A DNA stretch of 64,000 bases from positions 192,001-256,000 of the forward strand of contig CAVYES010000005.1 of the NCBI GenBank assembly GCA_963767735.1, read 5' to 3'. Made by a program: the position numbers and the translations under genes. How positions within the stretch are numbered: position 1 is the stretch's first letter; each line of letters opens with the position of its first letter. Under the pieces are notes generated by a model. It was not told where the DNA came from. It was given only the letters and a program-made list of their open reading frames with translations, and searched no databases. This stretch comes from Candidatus Bathyarchaeota archaeon. Its GTDB lineage: Archaea; Thermoproteota; Bathyarchaeia; Bathyarchaeales; Bathycorpusculaceae. Shown piece after piece: positions 10,246 through 20,794 of this stretch.

Positions 10246-10985
10246 CTGTCACGCTTTATTTTCAGTTGCCACCAGAGCTTCATTATCTGCGAAAACATGC
10301 TTGATGAATCTTTGATGAGGTTAACTTTTGTGTCCTTGCCGCTTTTCCACTCTACAGGAATCTCTTTGACCTTGTAGCCGTGACGATATGCTCTTACAAT
10401 TATTTCCGTGTCCCAAAACCAATGCGTCGCCTCCACTTCGTCAAGCAGCTTTAAAAGAGGTTCCCTTTTGAAGGCTTTAAAACCGCACTGGTGATCCCGA
10501 ACTTTGGACCCGAGCATGTGTCGAACCAGAAAGTTGTAGCTTTTTGAGCTGATGCTTCTGCGGAGGCTTCGTTCAACTTTGCTTTCAGGCAGCATCCTTG
10601 AACCAGTCGATAAGTCGTAGCCCTCAACAGTGATGGCGTCAACTAGAGGTTTAAGAGATTTAAGGTCTGTTGCTAAGTCCAAATCCATATAAACCAAAAC
10701 TTCGCCGCTGCACTGTCTAAACGCGTTGTTAAGTGCGGTTCCTCTTCCCAGACGCTTTTCACGGTGAATGTGCTTAACGTACGCGAACTTTTGCGCTAGC
10801 TCTTCAGCGCGTTCGGCGGTGCCGTCGGTGCTGCCGTCTTCAGCAATAACAATTTCGTAGGGGTAACCTGTCTCTTCTGCAGCTTGGCTTATTTTTGTTA
10901 CGGCGCCTTCCAATTTGTCCGCTTCGTTGTAAGCGGGAAGAACAACTGAAACCATGGGTTTGATGTTAGGCGCGGTTTTCTCCAT
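10242..10985 (-). CDS. Dolichyl-phosphate hexose synthase (GT2, AglD/DPG-synthase-like)
   Basis: PAYNEA, EDGSTDGT, YMDLD, GSR, DHQCGFKAF, WFWDTE motifs. Confidence 0.88.
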   Translation of the reverse strand: MEKTAPNIKPMVSVVLPAYNEADKLEGAVTKISQAAEETGYPYEIVIAEDGSTDGTAERAEELAQKFAYVKHIHREKRLGRGTALNNAFRQCSGEVLVYMDLDLATDLKSLKPLVDAITVEGYDLSTGSRMLPESKVERSLRRSISSKSYNFLVRHMLGSKVRDHQCGFKAFKREPLLKLLDEVEATHWFWDTEIIVRAYRHGYKVKEIPVEWKSGKDTKVNLIKDSSSMFSQIMKLWWQLKIKRDS

Positions 10986-10987
10986 TT

Positions 10988-12751
10988 TTAGAACACCCAG
11001 CTTTTGAACCAATGTAAACTGTTAATAAATGAGGTGGATGTGGGTGCTCCTGAAATGACGGGGTAGAAGAGGACGAATAGTCCAACTACAACTGCAAAGT
11101 AGGCTATTGATAAAATTTTTCCCCACCTGTTGTTCCAATACCTGTTTATAATAAAGGCTGAGCCTAGACAGAGCAATGGCACATTCACGTAGAAATGGTA
11201 GATGAAGGTTATTCTGGAAATAAAAATGTAAATCAGCCACTGGAAGAAGAAGATTACAAGGATAAATACGGCGGGCAAATTGTTTTTCAGGCTAAAGCTA
11301 ACTTTTTTCCTGAAGATTTTTGCAACTGTGAAGACCGTTAATCCGATTATGACGGCAAAACCGAGCCACCAAACAGCCGGGTTACCCAGCAGAACAATGG
11401 TGGATGTGGTGCCGTTAGGAAGGTACGATACTTGCAGCCAAAGTGGAACATGTATGTTGGGGTTGAAGGGGTTAAACAGGAGAGGCCAACTGTACCACGG
11501 AGACGCAAAAGGATGTGTTGCCTTCAAAGTTGCTTGGTAAATGTACATTTGTTCCTGCAGGTTTAAAACACCAATAAATGATCTGCCCGCAAGCATATCT
11601 GGAATATAAGTCAAAAAGTAAACTACAATCGCGAGCAACAGGAAACCAACAATTTGAGAATACGGGCGGTCAAGAAAAGCATAAAACTTCGTCGTTATGT
11701 TCCGCTTCAACTTTTTAACTTCACTAAGCCGAAGTGACAAAAGAATAGCTAATGCCCCCAGAAAACCGAATAGAACAAGCCATTTTGTCGAAATACCTAA
11801 AGCAGCAAACATAACGGCTAAAAATAGGGGTACAACGCTGGTTTTCCAGCCTTTATCAAGAACATTTTTCAGGTAAATCAAAAAGAACAGCTGCGAAGCC
11901 AGCGAGAAGAACACTACGTAGGTGTCGGCTGTACCCATCCGCGCCATGGTGAAATGCATGAAGTCAAAGGTTAACAGAAACGCGGATGCGAAACCGCCAA
12001 TCCATGTACCGAACAGCTTTTTGCCTAAAAGGTAAATGAGCGGAATCATAAGTGTGGCGAAGATGACGCCCATTATTCGCCATCCGAACGGGTTAAAGCC
12101 GAAGATGACGATGCCGGAAGCTTGGATTAGTTTCCCAAGAGGCGGATGCGTCCACTCATACGGTAACTGTAAATGCAAGTATTGCTGTGCGGTTCTGACA
12201 AAGTAGATTTCGTCAAAATACGTGTTCTGCGTGTAGTCTGAGGGGTACTGAACCAAGTTTTGCTGGTTAATGAGGCTATTGAAGTTAGGGTTTCCCGCGC
12301 CGGCATTGGTTATTGATTGAATATCGACTTGCACGCCATTTTGGTTAATAACTGCTATTTGAGCTATGTCCGTCTCGTAACCCGCTGGGCCAACATCGAC
12401 TTTTAAGTACTGTGTGATTTGGCCAATTGGGATGTCAGTCCATTTATAGTAGTCCTCTGACCACGTTGAACTTGAGTATGGCCAAGGATAATTGGTTACC
12501 TCTGTCCAGTTGCTTGGCGACCCACTAGATACGGTGAAGTTGTATGCGCCTACGTCCAGCAGAACAATCAAATATTTAACGTTGGTTGAGTTGCCCAAGT
12601 TAACGTAGAAGCTTTGCCCAGCAGTAAGCGTAGTCGAATTGGTGGGGATTTGGGTTGCGCCGAGATTCCAAGTGGCTATGGAGAAGAAAACTACTGCAAG
12701 TAAAACAATGGTTATCAAGTCTTTTTTGTTGATTTGCACTCCAAAGTTCAT
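10988..12751 (-). CDS. Protein O-mannosyltransferase-like GT-C (PMT/GT39 family)
   Basis: YFDEIYF, HPPLGK, FGWR, TKW, HPFASPWYSWP, GNPAVWW, FIYHF motifs; multi-TM. Confidence 0.85.
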   Translation of the reverse strand: MNFGVQINKKDLITIVLLAVVFFSIATWNLGATQIPTNSTTLTAGQSFYVNLGNSTNVKYLIVLLDVGAYNFTVSSGSPSNWTEVTNYPWPYSSSTWSEDYYKWTDIPIGQITQYLKVDVGPAGYETDIAQIAVINQNGVQVDIQSITNAGAGNPNFNSLINQQNLVQYPSDYTQNTYFDEIYFVRTAQQYLHLQLPYEWTHPPLGKLIQASGIVIFGFNPFGWRIMGVIFATLMIPLIYLLGKKLFGTWIGGFASAFLLTFDFMHFTMARMGTADTYVVFFSLASQLFFLIYLKNVLDKGWKTSVVPLFLAVMFAALGISTKWLVLFGFLGALAILLSLRLSEVKKLKRNITTKFYAFLDRPYSQIVGFLLLAIVVYFLTYIPDMLAGRSFIGVLNLQEQMYIYQATLKATHPFASPWYSWPLLFNPFNPNIHVPLWLQVSYLPNGTTSTIVLLGNPAVWWLGFAVIIGLTVFTVAKIFRKKVSFSLKNNLPAVFILVIFFFQWLIYIFISRITFIYHFYVNVPLLCLGSAFIINRYWNNRWGKILSIAYFAVVVGLFVLFYPVISGAPTSTSFINSLHWFKSWVF

Positions 12752-14037
12752 CGTGGTTCACCTCTCTCTTCGTTTTGGCTTAACTCGGACGGCGGTGGAG
12801 GTTCAGCTTTGAGCCATCCGTGCCCTCTAAGTTCACCCCACATTAATATTGAAGCATAGAAGAGCATTAATAAATTAATAGCGCTTACGGCGAGAACCAC
12901 AGGGTTTCCAGTTAAATTAGGACCAGCATTGGGATAATAATAATTAAGCCAATAGAGAACATAGGCTTGATTGATTAGAAGCGTCGCCGTCAAAACAACA
13001 TACAGCGGACGGGTTCTTTTGAGGAACGGAAACATCAGCGCCAAAACGCTTATAGCTGGAAACAGGTACCGCTCATGAATTCTGGTTGGAAGCATAAAAA
13101 ACGCAAAGAAAAGCATGAAAGCAGCGAAAATTGCGAGAAATTCATCTGAAGCATGAAACTGTTTATACAAAAAGTAGAGGGTGAAAACGGCAACAGCCCC
13201 AAACAGCGCCCAACCCACGATATAGAGGACGCCGTCAGGAATCCACAGGCCATACAGACCCCACAAGTTAAAGGCGTTCACCGAAGTTACCGCGTATTCC
13301 CCATAGGCTCCAAAGTAAATGTTACCTAAGAAAGTAAACGGATTACTCCATTGGAAAGGAAGAATAACCACGAAAACCGTCGCAACAAATGTTATCACTG
13401 AAAATAGCAGATTTTTCAATCCACTTTTCCTATAAATCAAGAAAGCGACAAGAGGCGCTAAAACTATTCCCTGCGGCTTAGTTAAAAGACCTATTGCGAA
13501 GGCTGCCGCGGCAAGTTTAGGTCTGGATTTAAGTGCAAGCATAAGCGAAAGTATCAGAAAGAAAGTGTAAATTGCGTCGTATTGACCCCATATTGCTGTG
13601 TTGTAAATTATAGCTGGGTTAAAAGTATAGAGCCCCGTTGCCAGAAGGGCGGATTTGAAACTTGCTTGTTTTCTAACAAAAACGAAAATCAGCACTGCAG
13701 TTGCTAAATCAAAAACGTTAGGAATCAACTTCACAATATTTGCAAGGCTTATCCCAACTGCTTTTCCGAAAGATCCGAACGCCCACCAAAGGTAAACGTT
13801 GAAAGGCGGATAATCAATAAATCCTGAAACATTCTTATTGTAAAACGGCCTTATCCCATGTACAGTGGCGGCATTAATCCAGTAACTAAAATCTCCTGTG
13901 TCAATCGGGTACCCCTTTAGCGGAAACAGGAGAACCCTGATTAGGAAGGAAACAGCAAGCAAGACCGCTAAAACAATAATCTCGCGTTTCGCAGACGAGA
14001 CGTTAACCGCGTTTCCCCTCCTGTTTATGCAAAACAC
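12748..14037 (-). CDS. GT-C membrane glycosyltransferase (GT87/GPI-mannosyltransferase-like)
   Basis: DYPP, FNPA, WGQYD, KPQ, NAFNLW, HERY motifs; overlaps the PMT gene by 4 nt. Confidence 0.8.
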   Translation of the reverse strand: MFCINRRGNAVNVSSAKREIIVLAVLLAVSFLIRVLLFPLKGYPIDTGDFSYWINAATVHGIRPFYNKNVSGFIDYPPFNVYLWWAFGSFGKAVGISLANIVKLIPNVFDLATAVLIFVFVRKQASFKSALLATGLYTFNPAIIYNTAIWGQYDAIYTFFLILSLMLALKSRPKLAAAAFAIGLLTKPQGIVLAPLVAFLIYRKSGLKNLLFSVITFVATVFVVILPFQWSNPFTFLGNIYFGAYGEYAVTSVNAFNLWGLYGLWIPDGVLYIVGWALFGAVAVFTLYFLYKQFHASDEFLAIFAAFMLFFAFFMLPTRIHERYLFPAISVLALMFPFLKRTRPLYVVLTATLLINQAYVLYWLNYYYPNAGPNLTGNPVVLAVSAINLLMLFYASILMWGELRGHGWLKAEPPPPSELSQNEERGEPR

Positions 14038-14241
14038 AGTTGCAACAATGGCATAAGAAGCTTTTCAAAAATCAACTATTTACTTATTCGAATAAAAGAG
14101 CACAAGACCCTAATTATCAGGTTTAATGGCAAACAAATGCCTTAAATTAATTGTGCGCTCTCTATGTACTGTTCTGGGTTTGAAACCCTCGAAAAAATTT
14201 GGATAAAGCAAAACTTAAAATCGATTTGATATAATTTATTT

Positions 14242-14988
14242 TTGGTTGAGCAAATGAAAATTCCAACTCCGTTAGCCACAGTCAACTTTTTTACTGAAAA
14301 ACTGGATCTCTACAGTTTCAGGGCAAGATTAGCTTCCTCGGTTTTAAGCAAAAAAGCAGTAAAATGCACAAAACCTTCCGACTACATAGATTTGTGTGAT
14401 GAAATTTTTCGCCACGTTCCTTTAAAATACATTGGTCGACAAATTATACTTTGGCAGGCAAAGCAGGAGATCCAAGCGTTACTCTCTATACTAAGCGAAC
14501 AAAGCGTACGTTCCATGCTTGAAATCGGCACATATGATGGAGGAACACTATTTTTATTCACTCGGATGATAGATTCAAACGCAAGAATAATCAGTTTAGA
14601 CATGCCAAAAGACGGATATGAAAACTACAAAATTCCCTTTTTCATCAACCTCGCTAAAAAAAATCAGCATATATCCTTAGTTAGGGCTAACTCGCGTTCG
14701 CACTCAAGCTTGGTAACGGTAAAATCAATCTTGAAAGGACAAAAGTTAGACTTTCTTTTCATAGATGGCGATCACACTTATGACGGCGTTAAAAGGGATT
14801 TCCAGATGTATAGCCCGCTTGTACGCAAAGGCGGCTTAATCGCCTTCCACGACATTTGTAAGCACCCACCACATCCGGTCTGTGAAGTTGACAGATTTTG
14901 GAATGAAATAAAGACCGCCCATTCATACCAAGAAATCATTGAAAACCCACACCAAAACTGGGCAGGCATAGGATTACTCTACATTTGA
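14242..14988 (+). CDS. Class I SAM methyltransferase (Methyltransf_24-like)
   Basis: LEIGT..GG, DFLFIDGDHTYDGV..DF, GGLIAFHD. Confidence 0.85.
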   Translation: MVEQMKIPTPLATVNFFTEKLDLYSFRARLASSVLSKKAVKCTKPSDYIDLCDEIFRHVPLKYIGRQIILWQAKQEIQALLSILSEQSVRSMLEIGTYDGGTLFLFTRMIDSNARIISLDMPKDGYENYKIPFFINLAKKNQHISLVRANSRSHSSLVTVKSILKGQKLDFLFIDGDHTYDGVKRDFQMYSPLVRKGGLIAFHDICKHPPHPVCEVDRFWNEIKTAHSYQEIIENPHQNWAGIGLLYI

Positions 14989-15164
14989 AGTCCACAAACA
15001 CGCGCATCGATGGGTTAAAAAGGCTCGATTGACCCGCTTCTTTGGAAATCTCAACAGCAGCTAAATTTTGTTTGTGCGGGTTTCTTGATTGAGCAGCCGG
15101 ATAAAGGGTAGCCTTGTTTTGGTCGCGTTAACGAAAAAAATTAGGGGTTGGCTTTTTAGCCAAA

Positions 15165-17051
15165 TTAAAAGCCACGATGAGTTGTGGAGCTGACTGTTAC
15201 TGTTACCTTTGCAGTTTCAATGGGAATTCCGCCTGGACCTGGACCCGTTCCTGTTACTGTGATCGTGTATGTTCCGGTTGCAGTGCTGGCGGCTGTGACG
15301 GTCAATGTAGATGTAGCTGGGGTGACTACGGTGACGCCGCCTGGGACTGAAGTGGTGGTCGGAGATACGCTGGTGGGGCTGAGGCTTGCGGTTAATCCGC
15401 TTCCCGTCACTGTTGAAGTGAGTGAAACTTTGCCTGAGAATCCGCTAATGGGGGTTACGGTTATTGTTGAGGTCCCAGATGATCCGCTTTTGATGTTTAA
15501 AGATGTTGGTGAAGCTGAAATTGAGAAGTCTTGTACTTTCACCGCGAATGCTGTGCTTTGACTGAGTGTTCCCACTGTGCCCGTTACTGTGATTAGGTAT
15601 GTTCCGTGTGGAGTATTAGGGGGGACCGTGACAGTTAATCCGTCTGTGAGTGAAGCGCCGGGGGATAATGTTACGGAGGGTGAGGCGAGGGTTGCGGTGA
15701 AGCTTGGGTCTTCGCTTGGCGGTGCTGCTGTGATGTCAACTGTTCCTGAGAATGAACTAAAGGCTGTTACGGTTACTGGTGTTGTTGGTATTATTGTGGA
15801 TCCAGAGGATTGTACGTAAATGGTGGTTGGGACAGCTGCTGCTGAGATGCTGAAGTCTTGAGGTGTGAAGTTGGTGGTAACTGGGCTTCCTAAGCCTGTG
15901 TCGAGGTCATAGCCTGAGTTCGCTGGGTATCCGTTCGATCCGGTTGGGCTGTCTCGGAAGTAGTTGGAGGAGGGCGACGATCCGTCCGCGTAGAAGTTGC
16001 TGTGGCCAGCTGTTTGTCCAAGAGCTTGGACACCTGCCCAACATTGAGCTCCAACGCTTGTTCCGCCTACTTCCAACCATCCACTCTCTCCGAAGGTATC
16101 ATAAATGGAGATGCCTGTGTTTGGGTTTGCATCAAAAGAAACGTCAGGTGTAGAACGTCCGTTGAAGATTAACCCGTAGTTAATCTGCCATGTCGGTTCT
16201 GGTTCATATGCGCTTACTCCGCCTCCGCTATCGCTCCAAGCTGATTCAGAGGTTGGGGTTGTTGATGTTGCTAAGGTGAGGGTTGTTCCGCCGACGCTAA
16301 TCACGTTTGGTGAGGCAGAAGGCCAGATGACGCCCGCACCACTGTCGCCGCTAGATGCAAAGAAAACTATATTGAGTCCGTTGTGGCTGACTAAGTACTG
16401 CGTGTCGTAGCTGGTTTCGCCGGAGAATTCGTTGGCGCCCCAGCTCATTGAGACCGCCACTACTCCCGGTTGACTTGTAGCGTAGGATATGGCATTCGTA
16501 AGATCGCCTAGGCTGTTGGATTTAGCCTCTACCAGTAATATGTTTGCGTCGGGGGCTATGGCGTGTACCCATTCCACGTCTAAGGAAGTTTCAACTGCCC
16601 ATCCAGCGTTTGTGGTGCTTCCTGCCATATTATATATCGTCAAACTGCCGGTGCCAGTCACGCCTTGTTGGCTGTCGAAGTAAGCTAGGTTACTGGCTAT
16701 GTTTGGGTCGTAGTAGGCGTCGATGATTGCTACGGTTGTTCCTGCGCCGTAGGTTGTTGTTGGGGTGTAGAGATCATATGCACTTATGATTTGGGATGGG
16801 GAAAATCCGGGTGGGTCTCCGTTTTGTTTTTGAGAATATGCGAGTGATGTGGTTCCGTTTTGTTGTGAGGAATATCCGATTGATGGGGCTCCGGCTTGTG
16901 CTGAACGGATTTGATAAAGTGGTTGTGCTGTCAAGTCGTTGGATATTGTTGTTGCTTTCGCTGTTGATGCTATTGCGGGGAAGCTGATTACAAGAACAAG
17001 TATAGCTATAACGATGAAGGCGCTTGCCTTATTTTTATATTGTTTAGACAA
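15165..17051 (-). CDS. Secreted S53 (sedolisin-family) peptidase with C-terminal Thr/Ser-rich Ig-like repeats
   Basis: Signal peptide, ETSLDVE, SSGDSG, PDVS, GGTS, GYDLDTGLGSP; two QDFSISA repeats. Confidence 0.88.
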   Translation of the reverse strand: MSKQYKNKASAFIVIAILVLVISFPAIASTAKATTISNDLTAQPLYQIRSAQAGAPSIGYSSQQNGTTSLAYSQKQNGDPPGFSPSQIISAYDLYTPTTTYGAGTTVAIIDAYYDPNIASNLAYFDSQQGVTGTGSLTIYNMAGSTTNAGWAVETSLDVEWVHAIAPDANILLVEAKSNSLGDLTNAISYATSQPGVVAVSMSWGANEFSGETSYDTQYLVSHNGLNIVFFASSGDSGAGVIWPSASPNVISVGGTTLTLATSTTPTSESAWSDSGGGVSAYEPEPTWQINYGLIFNGRSTPDVSFDANPNTGISIYDTFGESGWLEVGGTSVGAQCWAGVQALGQTAGHSNFYADGSSPSSNYFRDSPTGSNGYPANSGYDLDTGLGSPVTTNFTPQDFSISAAAVPTTIYVQSSGSTIIPTTPVTVTAFSSFSGTVDITAAPPSEDPSFTATLASPSVTLSPGASLTDGLTVTVPPNTPHGTYLITVTGTVGTLSQSTAFAVKVQDFSISASPTSLNIKSGSSGTSTITVTPISGFSGKVSLTSTVTGSGLTASLSPTSVSPTTTSVPGGVTVVTPATSTLTVTAASTATGTYTITVTGTGPGPGGIPIETAKVTVTVSSTTHRGF

Positions 17052-17357
17052 ATAAGATACGCTCCTAATAATCGTAGCTTAATGTAATTATTTAAGCTAT
17101 TCCCAAAAATAACTCTCCAGAATTTGGGGTGTTAGCCGTATGTCCAAGGCTATTCTGAAGGAACATGCTTTTTCATCAAAAGCAGCAAGATGCGGACTAT
17201 CATCCAAAACGCCGCTGTTGAATCAAAACTAACAAAACTTCTCGTTGCAAAGAAGGGCAAAGGTGAGAACCCGTAAAAGAGGGCTGCAATTCGTGCGTTT
17301 TTATTAGTAATCGGTAAACAATCACTAAGATTAGAAGATCGCGTAAATTACAGGATT

Positions 17358-17666
17358 ATGAAGTTCCTTCCAATTATGCTCGCGTTTCTGAAAAAGGCAA
17401 TGGCTATGTCTTCAGCTGAGTGGATTGTAGAGTCGCCTTCAGTAAATGGACAAATAGCGTCGCTGGCGAACTTCGGCAAGGTATCTTTTAGTTCATGTAC
17501 TGCTTCAACAGCAAGTGGACTCATCAGCTTGACAGGTTCTTCGGTTTACGCAATAACAATAGTGGCGGAAACCAGAGCAGAAACTGCAATGGTAACACCA
17601 TCAGCATTGACCGTGGCTTCAAATGTGGGAAGCTTCACAGACACGTGGGTTAGCGCCGGTCCATAA
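17358..17666 (+). pseudogene. C-terminal fragment of a G1 (glutamic) peptidase
   Basis: SAEWIVESP..LANFGKVSFSSC motif; N-terminal half absent. Confidence 0.65.
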
Positions 17667-17749
17667 ACTAATAAGCCAACACTTTTTTCAACTACCCTTT
17701 TTTCTTTTTTTAAAATCATAAACAAAAACTACGTTTTTTTTGAAATTAA

Positions 17750-17796
17750 TTGGAGCCTTCGGCGGGATTTGGACCCGCGACCATTACCTTACCAAG
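17750..17796. repeat. att site: duplicated 3' half of tRNA-Thr
   Basis: TTGGAGCCTTCGGCGGGATTTGGACCCGCGACCATTACCTTACCAAG identical to 23937-23983. Confidence 0.93.
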
Positions 17797-18656
17797 CCGC
17801 CCGATTCATTGAACCGATGAGCTTTAGAGCTTTTGATTGGGTTGAATTCAAAAAATTCGTCCAGGGAAAATACCGCAAAACCACCGCCAAAAGAGTCATG
17901 TGCTATGCCAAGCGCTACTACCCTGTGCCTGAATCTGGCAATGTCGGGCAACTCAATGTTGTCCCATCAACCGTTAAATCTGAAGTAATCAAAAGTCTAA
18001 TCGTGATCTCGAAGTACATCGGGTGCTATGAGCAGTTCAAGGCTTCACTGAAAAGCTACGGAATCAAATCAGCCCAGCCAGACGCGCTTGCCGCCTTCGT
18101 CAGAATATACAACAATAACAACAGCAATTTGGACGAGTGATTCGCCAAAGTCAAGCCAATACTCACGCCACAGGAGAATTTATTGCTGAAATTCTTGCAC
18201 CAGACAGGGCTACGATGCAGCGAGGGCATCGAAAGCTTCAACCTGATAATCGAGCTTTCGCAGAAGCAAAGATTGCACGAGTACCTAAGCACTGAAACCG
18301 GGATCCTATAGAATTTCAGGTACAAAGGCAAATTCCTGCGCGGCACCAAAAATGCCTTCATCAGCATTGTGCCCGAAAGCTTGATCGGCGAAATTACCGG
18401 CAGCCAATTTGTCACTTATGCAGCCATCACCAAAAAGCTTCAAAGGCGGAAAATTCCAACTCGAATCAGCGAGCTATGGGATTACTATGGCACCTTCATG
18501 ATCAGGCATGGACTCGTTGCCCAAGAAGCAGACTTGCTCTGTGGAAGGATTCCGTCAAGCATATTTGTCAGGCACTATTTTTCCCCAGCGATAAAGGACC
18601 TTAGAGATCGAACCTTGAAATCTCTTGAAGAAATGGACGTCAAAGGCCTTCAATAA
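17751..18656 (+). pseudogene. int: SSV-type tyrosine integrase, Int(C) fragment, inactivated
   Basis: Single frame from the att: TGLRCSE, RGTKNAF, LWDY (Arg position is Trp), GR, FVRHY; in-frame stops at 18138 (TGA) and 18309 (TAG). Confidence 0.85.
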
Positions 18657-18771
18657 ATTAGGGGGTATAGAGGAAGGTCTTCCGTCTAAAAGCTAATCAT
18701 CAGAACCTATAAAAACAAACAAATAATATTCAAGAGGCTCGTCTCTATACCGCCCATTTCTCGAAAGGCCT
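18643..18771 (+). repeat. Palindromic ~130-bp repeat R1
   Basis: AAGGCCTT..GGGGGTATAGAG / CTAATCATCAGAACCTATAAAA / CTCTATAC..AAGGCCT; overlaps the integrase stop. Confidence 0.85.
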
Positions 18772-18838
18772 ACGGAAAAAAAACGGTCTTAGATCAACAA
18801 AAAAGTTGGAGAATAAAACTCCCTATTGAATTCTTACC

Positions 18839-19129
18839 TTATGGCTTTGTGAGAGTTATCTCCATAGTTGAAACCATTCTTGACCTGTTTTCGCCTTCTC
18901 TTGGCGGCATCTCTACTGTTCCGATTGCTACATTGGTCACTTTGAGGTCTTTTATAAAGCGGTTTCTTGTAATTTCTGCGCAGTCAACTGCGGTCGTGAT
19001 TGCTTGTCCTCTTGCTTTTAGTGTTATTTCTTTTTCGGTGCCTGAAGAGAATGCTGTTATGATAGCGAGCACATAGCTCATTGGCGGTTTGTTTCCGACG
19101 AATATTACGTCATTAGGTTTTTGTGTCAT
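18839..19129 (-). CDS. albA: DNA/RNA-binding protein Alba
   Basis: IFVGNKPPMSYVLA, LKARGQAITTAVD, VSTMEITL; alternative start 19153. Confidence 0.92.
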   Translation of the reverse strand: MTQKPNDVIFVGNKPPMSYVLAIITAFSSGTEKEITLKARGQAITTAVDCAEITRNRFIKDLKVTNVAIGTVEMPPREGENRSRMVSTMEITLTKP

Positions 19130-19200
19130 ATTCTTGTCACTTCCCGATTTCATATGGTTCCGTCTGGTATATGGCTAGTGCCGTTTTAGATATGGTTGCC

Positions 19201-19332
19201 TAGGCCTTCCAAAATTTTACCCCCATAGAGAGAAAGACTTGTCAGGTTTTATCTAATCATCGCAACAAATAAAAATCAAATAAATTAAATCAAACTTATC
19301 TACTCTACGCCCGCCAGTTTCCGGAAGACCTT
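19201..19332 (+). repeat. Palindromic repeat R2
   Basis: AGGCCTTCCAAAA..CCCCCATAGAG / CTAATCATCGCAACAAATAAAA / CTCTAC..AAGACCTT. Confidence 0.82.
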
Positions 19333-19417
19333 TGCCCTGATTGCGGCAGACAAGAACGGCCGAACCGGGCAAATCGAGACTTACAGATGCCGCGACTGCT
19401 GCCACAGGTTTTCATGA
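19333..19417 (+). pseudogene. Zinc-ribbon remnant (CPDCG..KNGR..YRCRDC.HRFS), InsA/integrase N-terminal-like
   Basis: Two frames joined give CPxCG...YxCxxC..RF; abuts R2. Confidence 0.45.
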
Positions 19418-19686
19418 TTAATCGTTTTTCTCTATTTTTTCATTTTGCTTATTGCTTAATTCGTAAGATATAATAAACTGAGTGCATTATGATCTGAAAG
19501 GCAAGTCTGAGTGGGGGTGGCGAACGTAGGTCAAGGCAAGGACGGCAGGTGCCGAGCAAAAGCCCGGGCAATCCTCGAGAGGCTCCAAAAAGATTGATGG
19601 CAGAATCCTTAGAGACTACTTTCACTTAAGTCTCCACTGCCACTTCACTCCTTTACTTCGTTATATTTTTAAGGAAAACCAGCAAA

Positions 19687-19878
19687 ATGTTTTGCGCTAT
19701 GTGCGATCAATGCCTGGTCAAGTGCTGCTATGCGTGCGGTCGCATGCCAATGGGCGGAGGCGGCAAGTGCTGCCCGAGATGTAAGATCCGCTTCTGCTAC
19801 ACCTGCACGCTCGAGCTCACGTATGCCCAAAAGAAGCTCCCGCTCGAATGCCCCATGTGCGGTGGAAAATTTGGGTAG
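19687..19878 (+). CDS. Small Cys-rich zinc-finger protein
   Basis: 63 aa with multiple CxxC pairs; homolog at 25345-25524. Confidence 0.7.
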   Translation: MFCAMCDQCLVKCCYACGRMPMGGGGKCCPRCKIRFCYTCTLELTYAQKKLPLECPMCGGKFG

Positions 19879-20237
19879 CGGAGAAGGTCGTAAAGTTGAA
19901 AAACACAAGTTATTAGAAAAAACTTCTAACGCCAAAAGTCTGAGCACAGCAGCCAAAGAAACGGCAAGCGAGACCGTAAAACTCAAACATACCGCTGCCA
20001 AGATTGCGCGCACAGGTTTACATAAGTGCATTCATTGCTTTTTCAATTCTGTCCCAAGCGATATCAGTCGATTAAGACATTCTATATCGTTTCTTCACAA
20101 TTTCATCATTTGGGTAAAGTAGAATCATTAAGTGATAAATTGCCTTTTCAACATCGTGAACATACGCATTTGCTTCCTCTGATGACTGGATCATATGTTT
20201 TGAAAAAGGTTTAGTAGGGCAGTCGTGCTCGCTTTAT

Positions 20238-20513
20238 TTACCTTTGAGATTCTTCTATGATAGGTAGCACTTGCGTGAGTTCTCGGAGTTGCTTAAGCAC
20301 AGTTATGCCTTGTTGTGTGACGGCGAAAACTGTGCTCCTTTTTTTAATAGTGCGTTCTTCGACCAGTCCCTGTTTGATAAGGAAGTCCAGATGGCCTCTA
20401 AGCATGCTGCCATTGACGTTAGCTTTGTACATGATGTGTGTCAGCTTTAAGGGACCTAACCGCGCCAACGTGTTGAGGATATCAATGTACGTTTCTAGTT
20501 TTGATCGTCTCAT
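20238..20513 (-). CDS. Winged-helix regulator (HTH_45/DUF4364-like)
   Basis: MRRSKLETYIDIL..LTHIMYKANVN..FLIKQGLV..VTQQG. Confidence 0.85.
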   Translation of the reverse strand: MRRSKLETYIDILNTLARLGPLKLTHIMYKANVNGSMLRGHLDFLIKQGLVEERTIKKRSTVFAVTQQGITVLKQLRELTQVLPIIEESQR

Positions 20514-20794
20514 AGGTGTTGCCTCAAGACTCTCCAGTTTCACAGGTGGTCTTTCCACTGTATAAAAAAGTTTATTTTTTTTATAAGCTTTTGCTATTTT
20601 CATTTGCTTAATTCATTGTAAACTGTATTCGGAATCAAGAAATGAGTTTTAAAGCTAAATGATGAAGAGACTTATTGCCGTGCTGTTTCTGTGATTGCGC
20701 AAAGCCTATAACAACGTCTTATATGCGATGCGGGAGAAGTAGGAATCCCTTGCTCCTTTACCTATCAAAAGGGGGCAAGTCTGGAGTTAGAAAT

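Noticed and set aside
18138-18311. In-frame TGA/TAG in the integrase as Sec/Pyl recoding
   Set aside because: They appear to replace Trp and Glu codons by single changes and accompany a catalytic Arg loss; ordinary decay explains them.
19669-20122. Overlapping 120- and 130-aa ORFs
   Set aside because: Shadow frames of the Cys-rich gene, without recognisable content.
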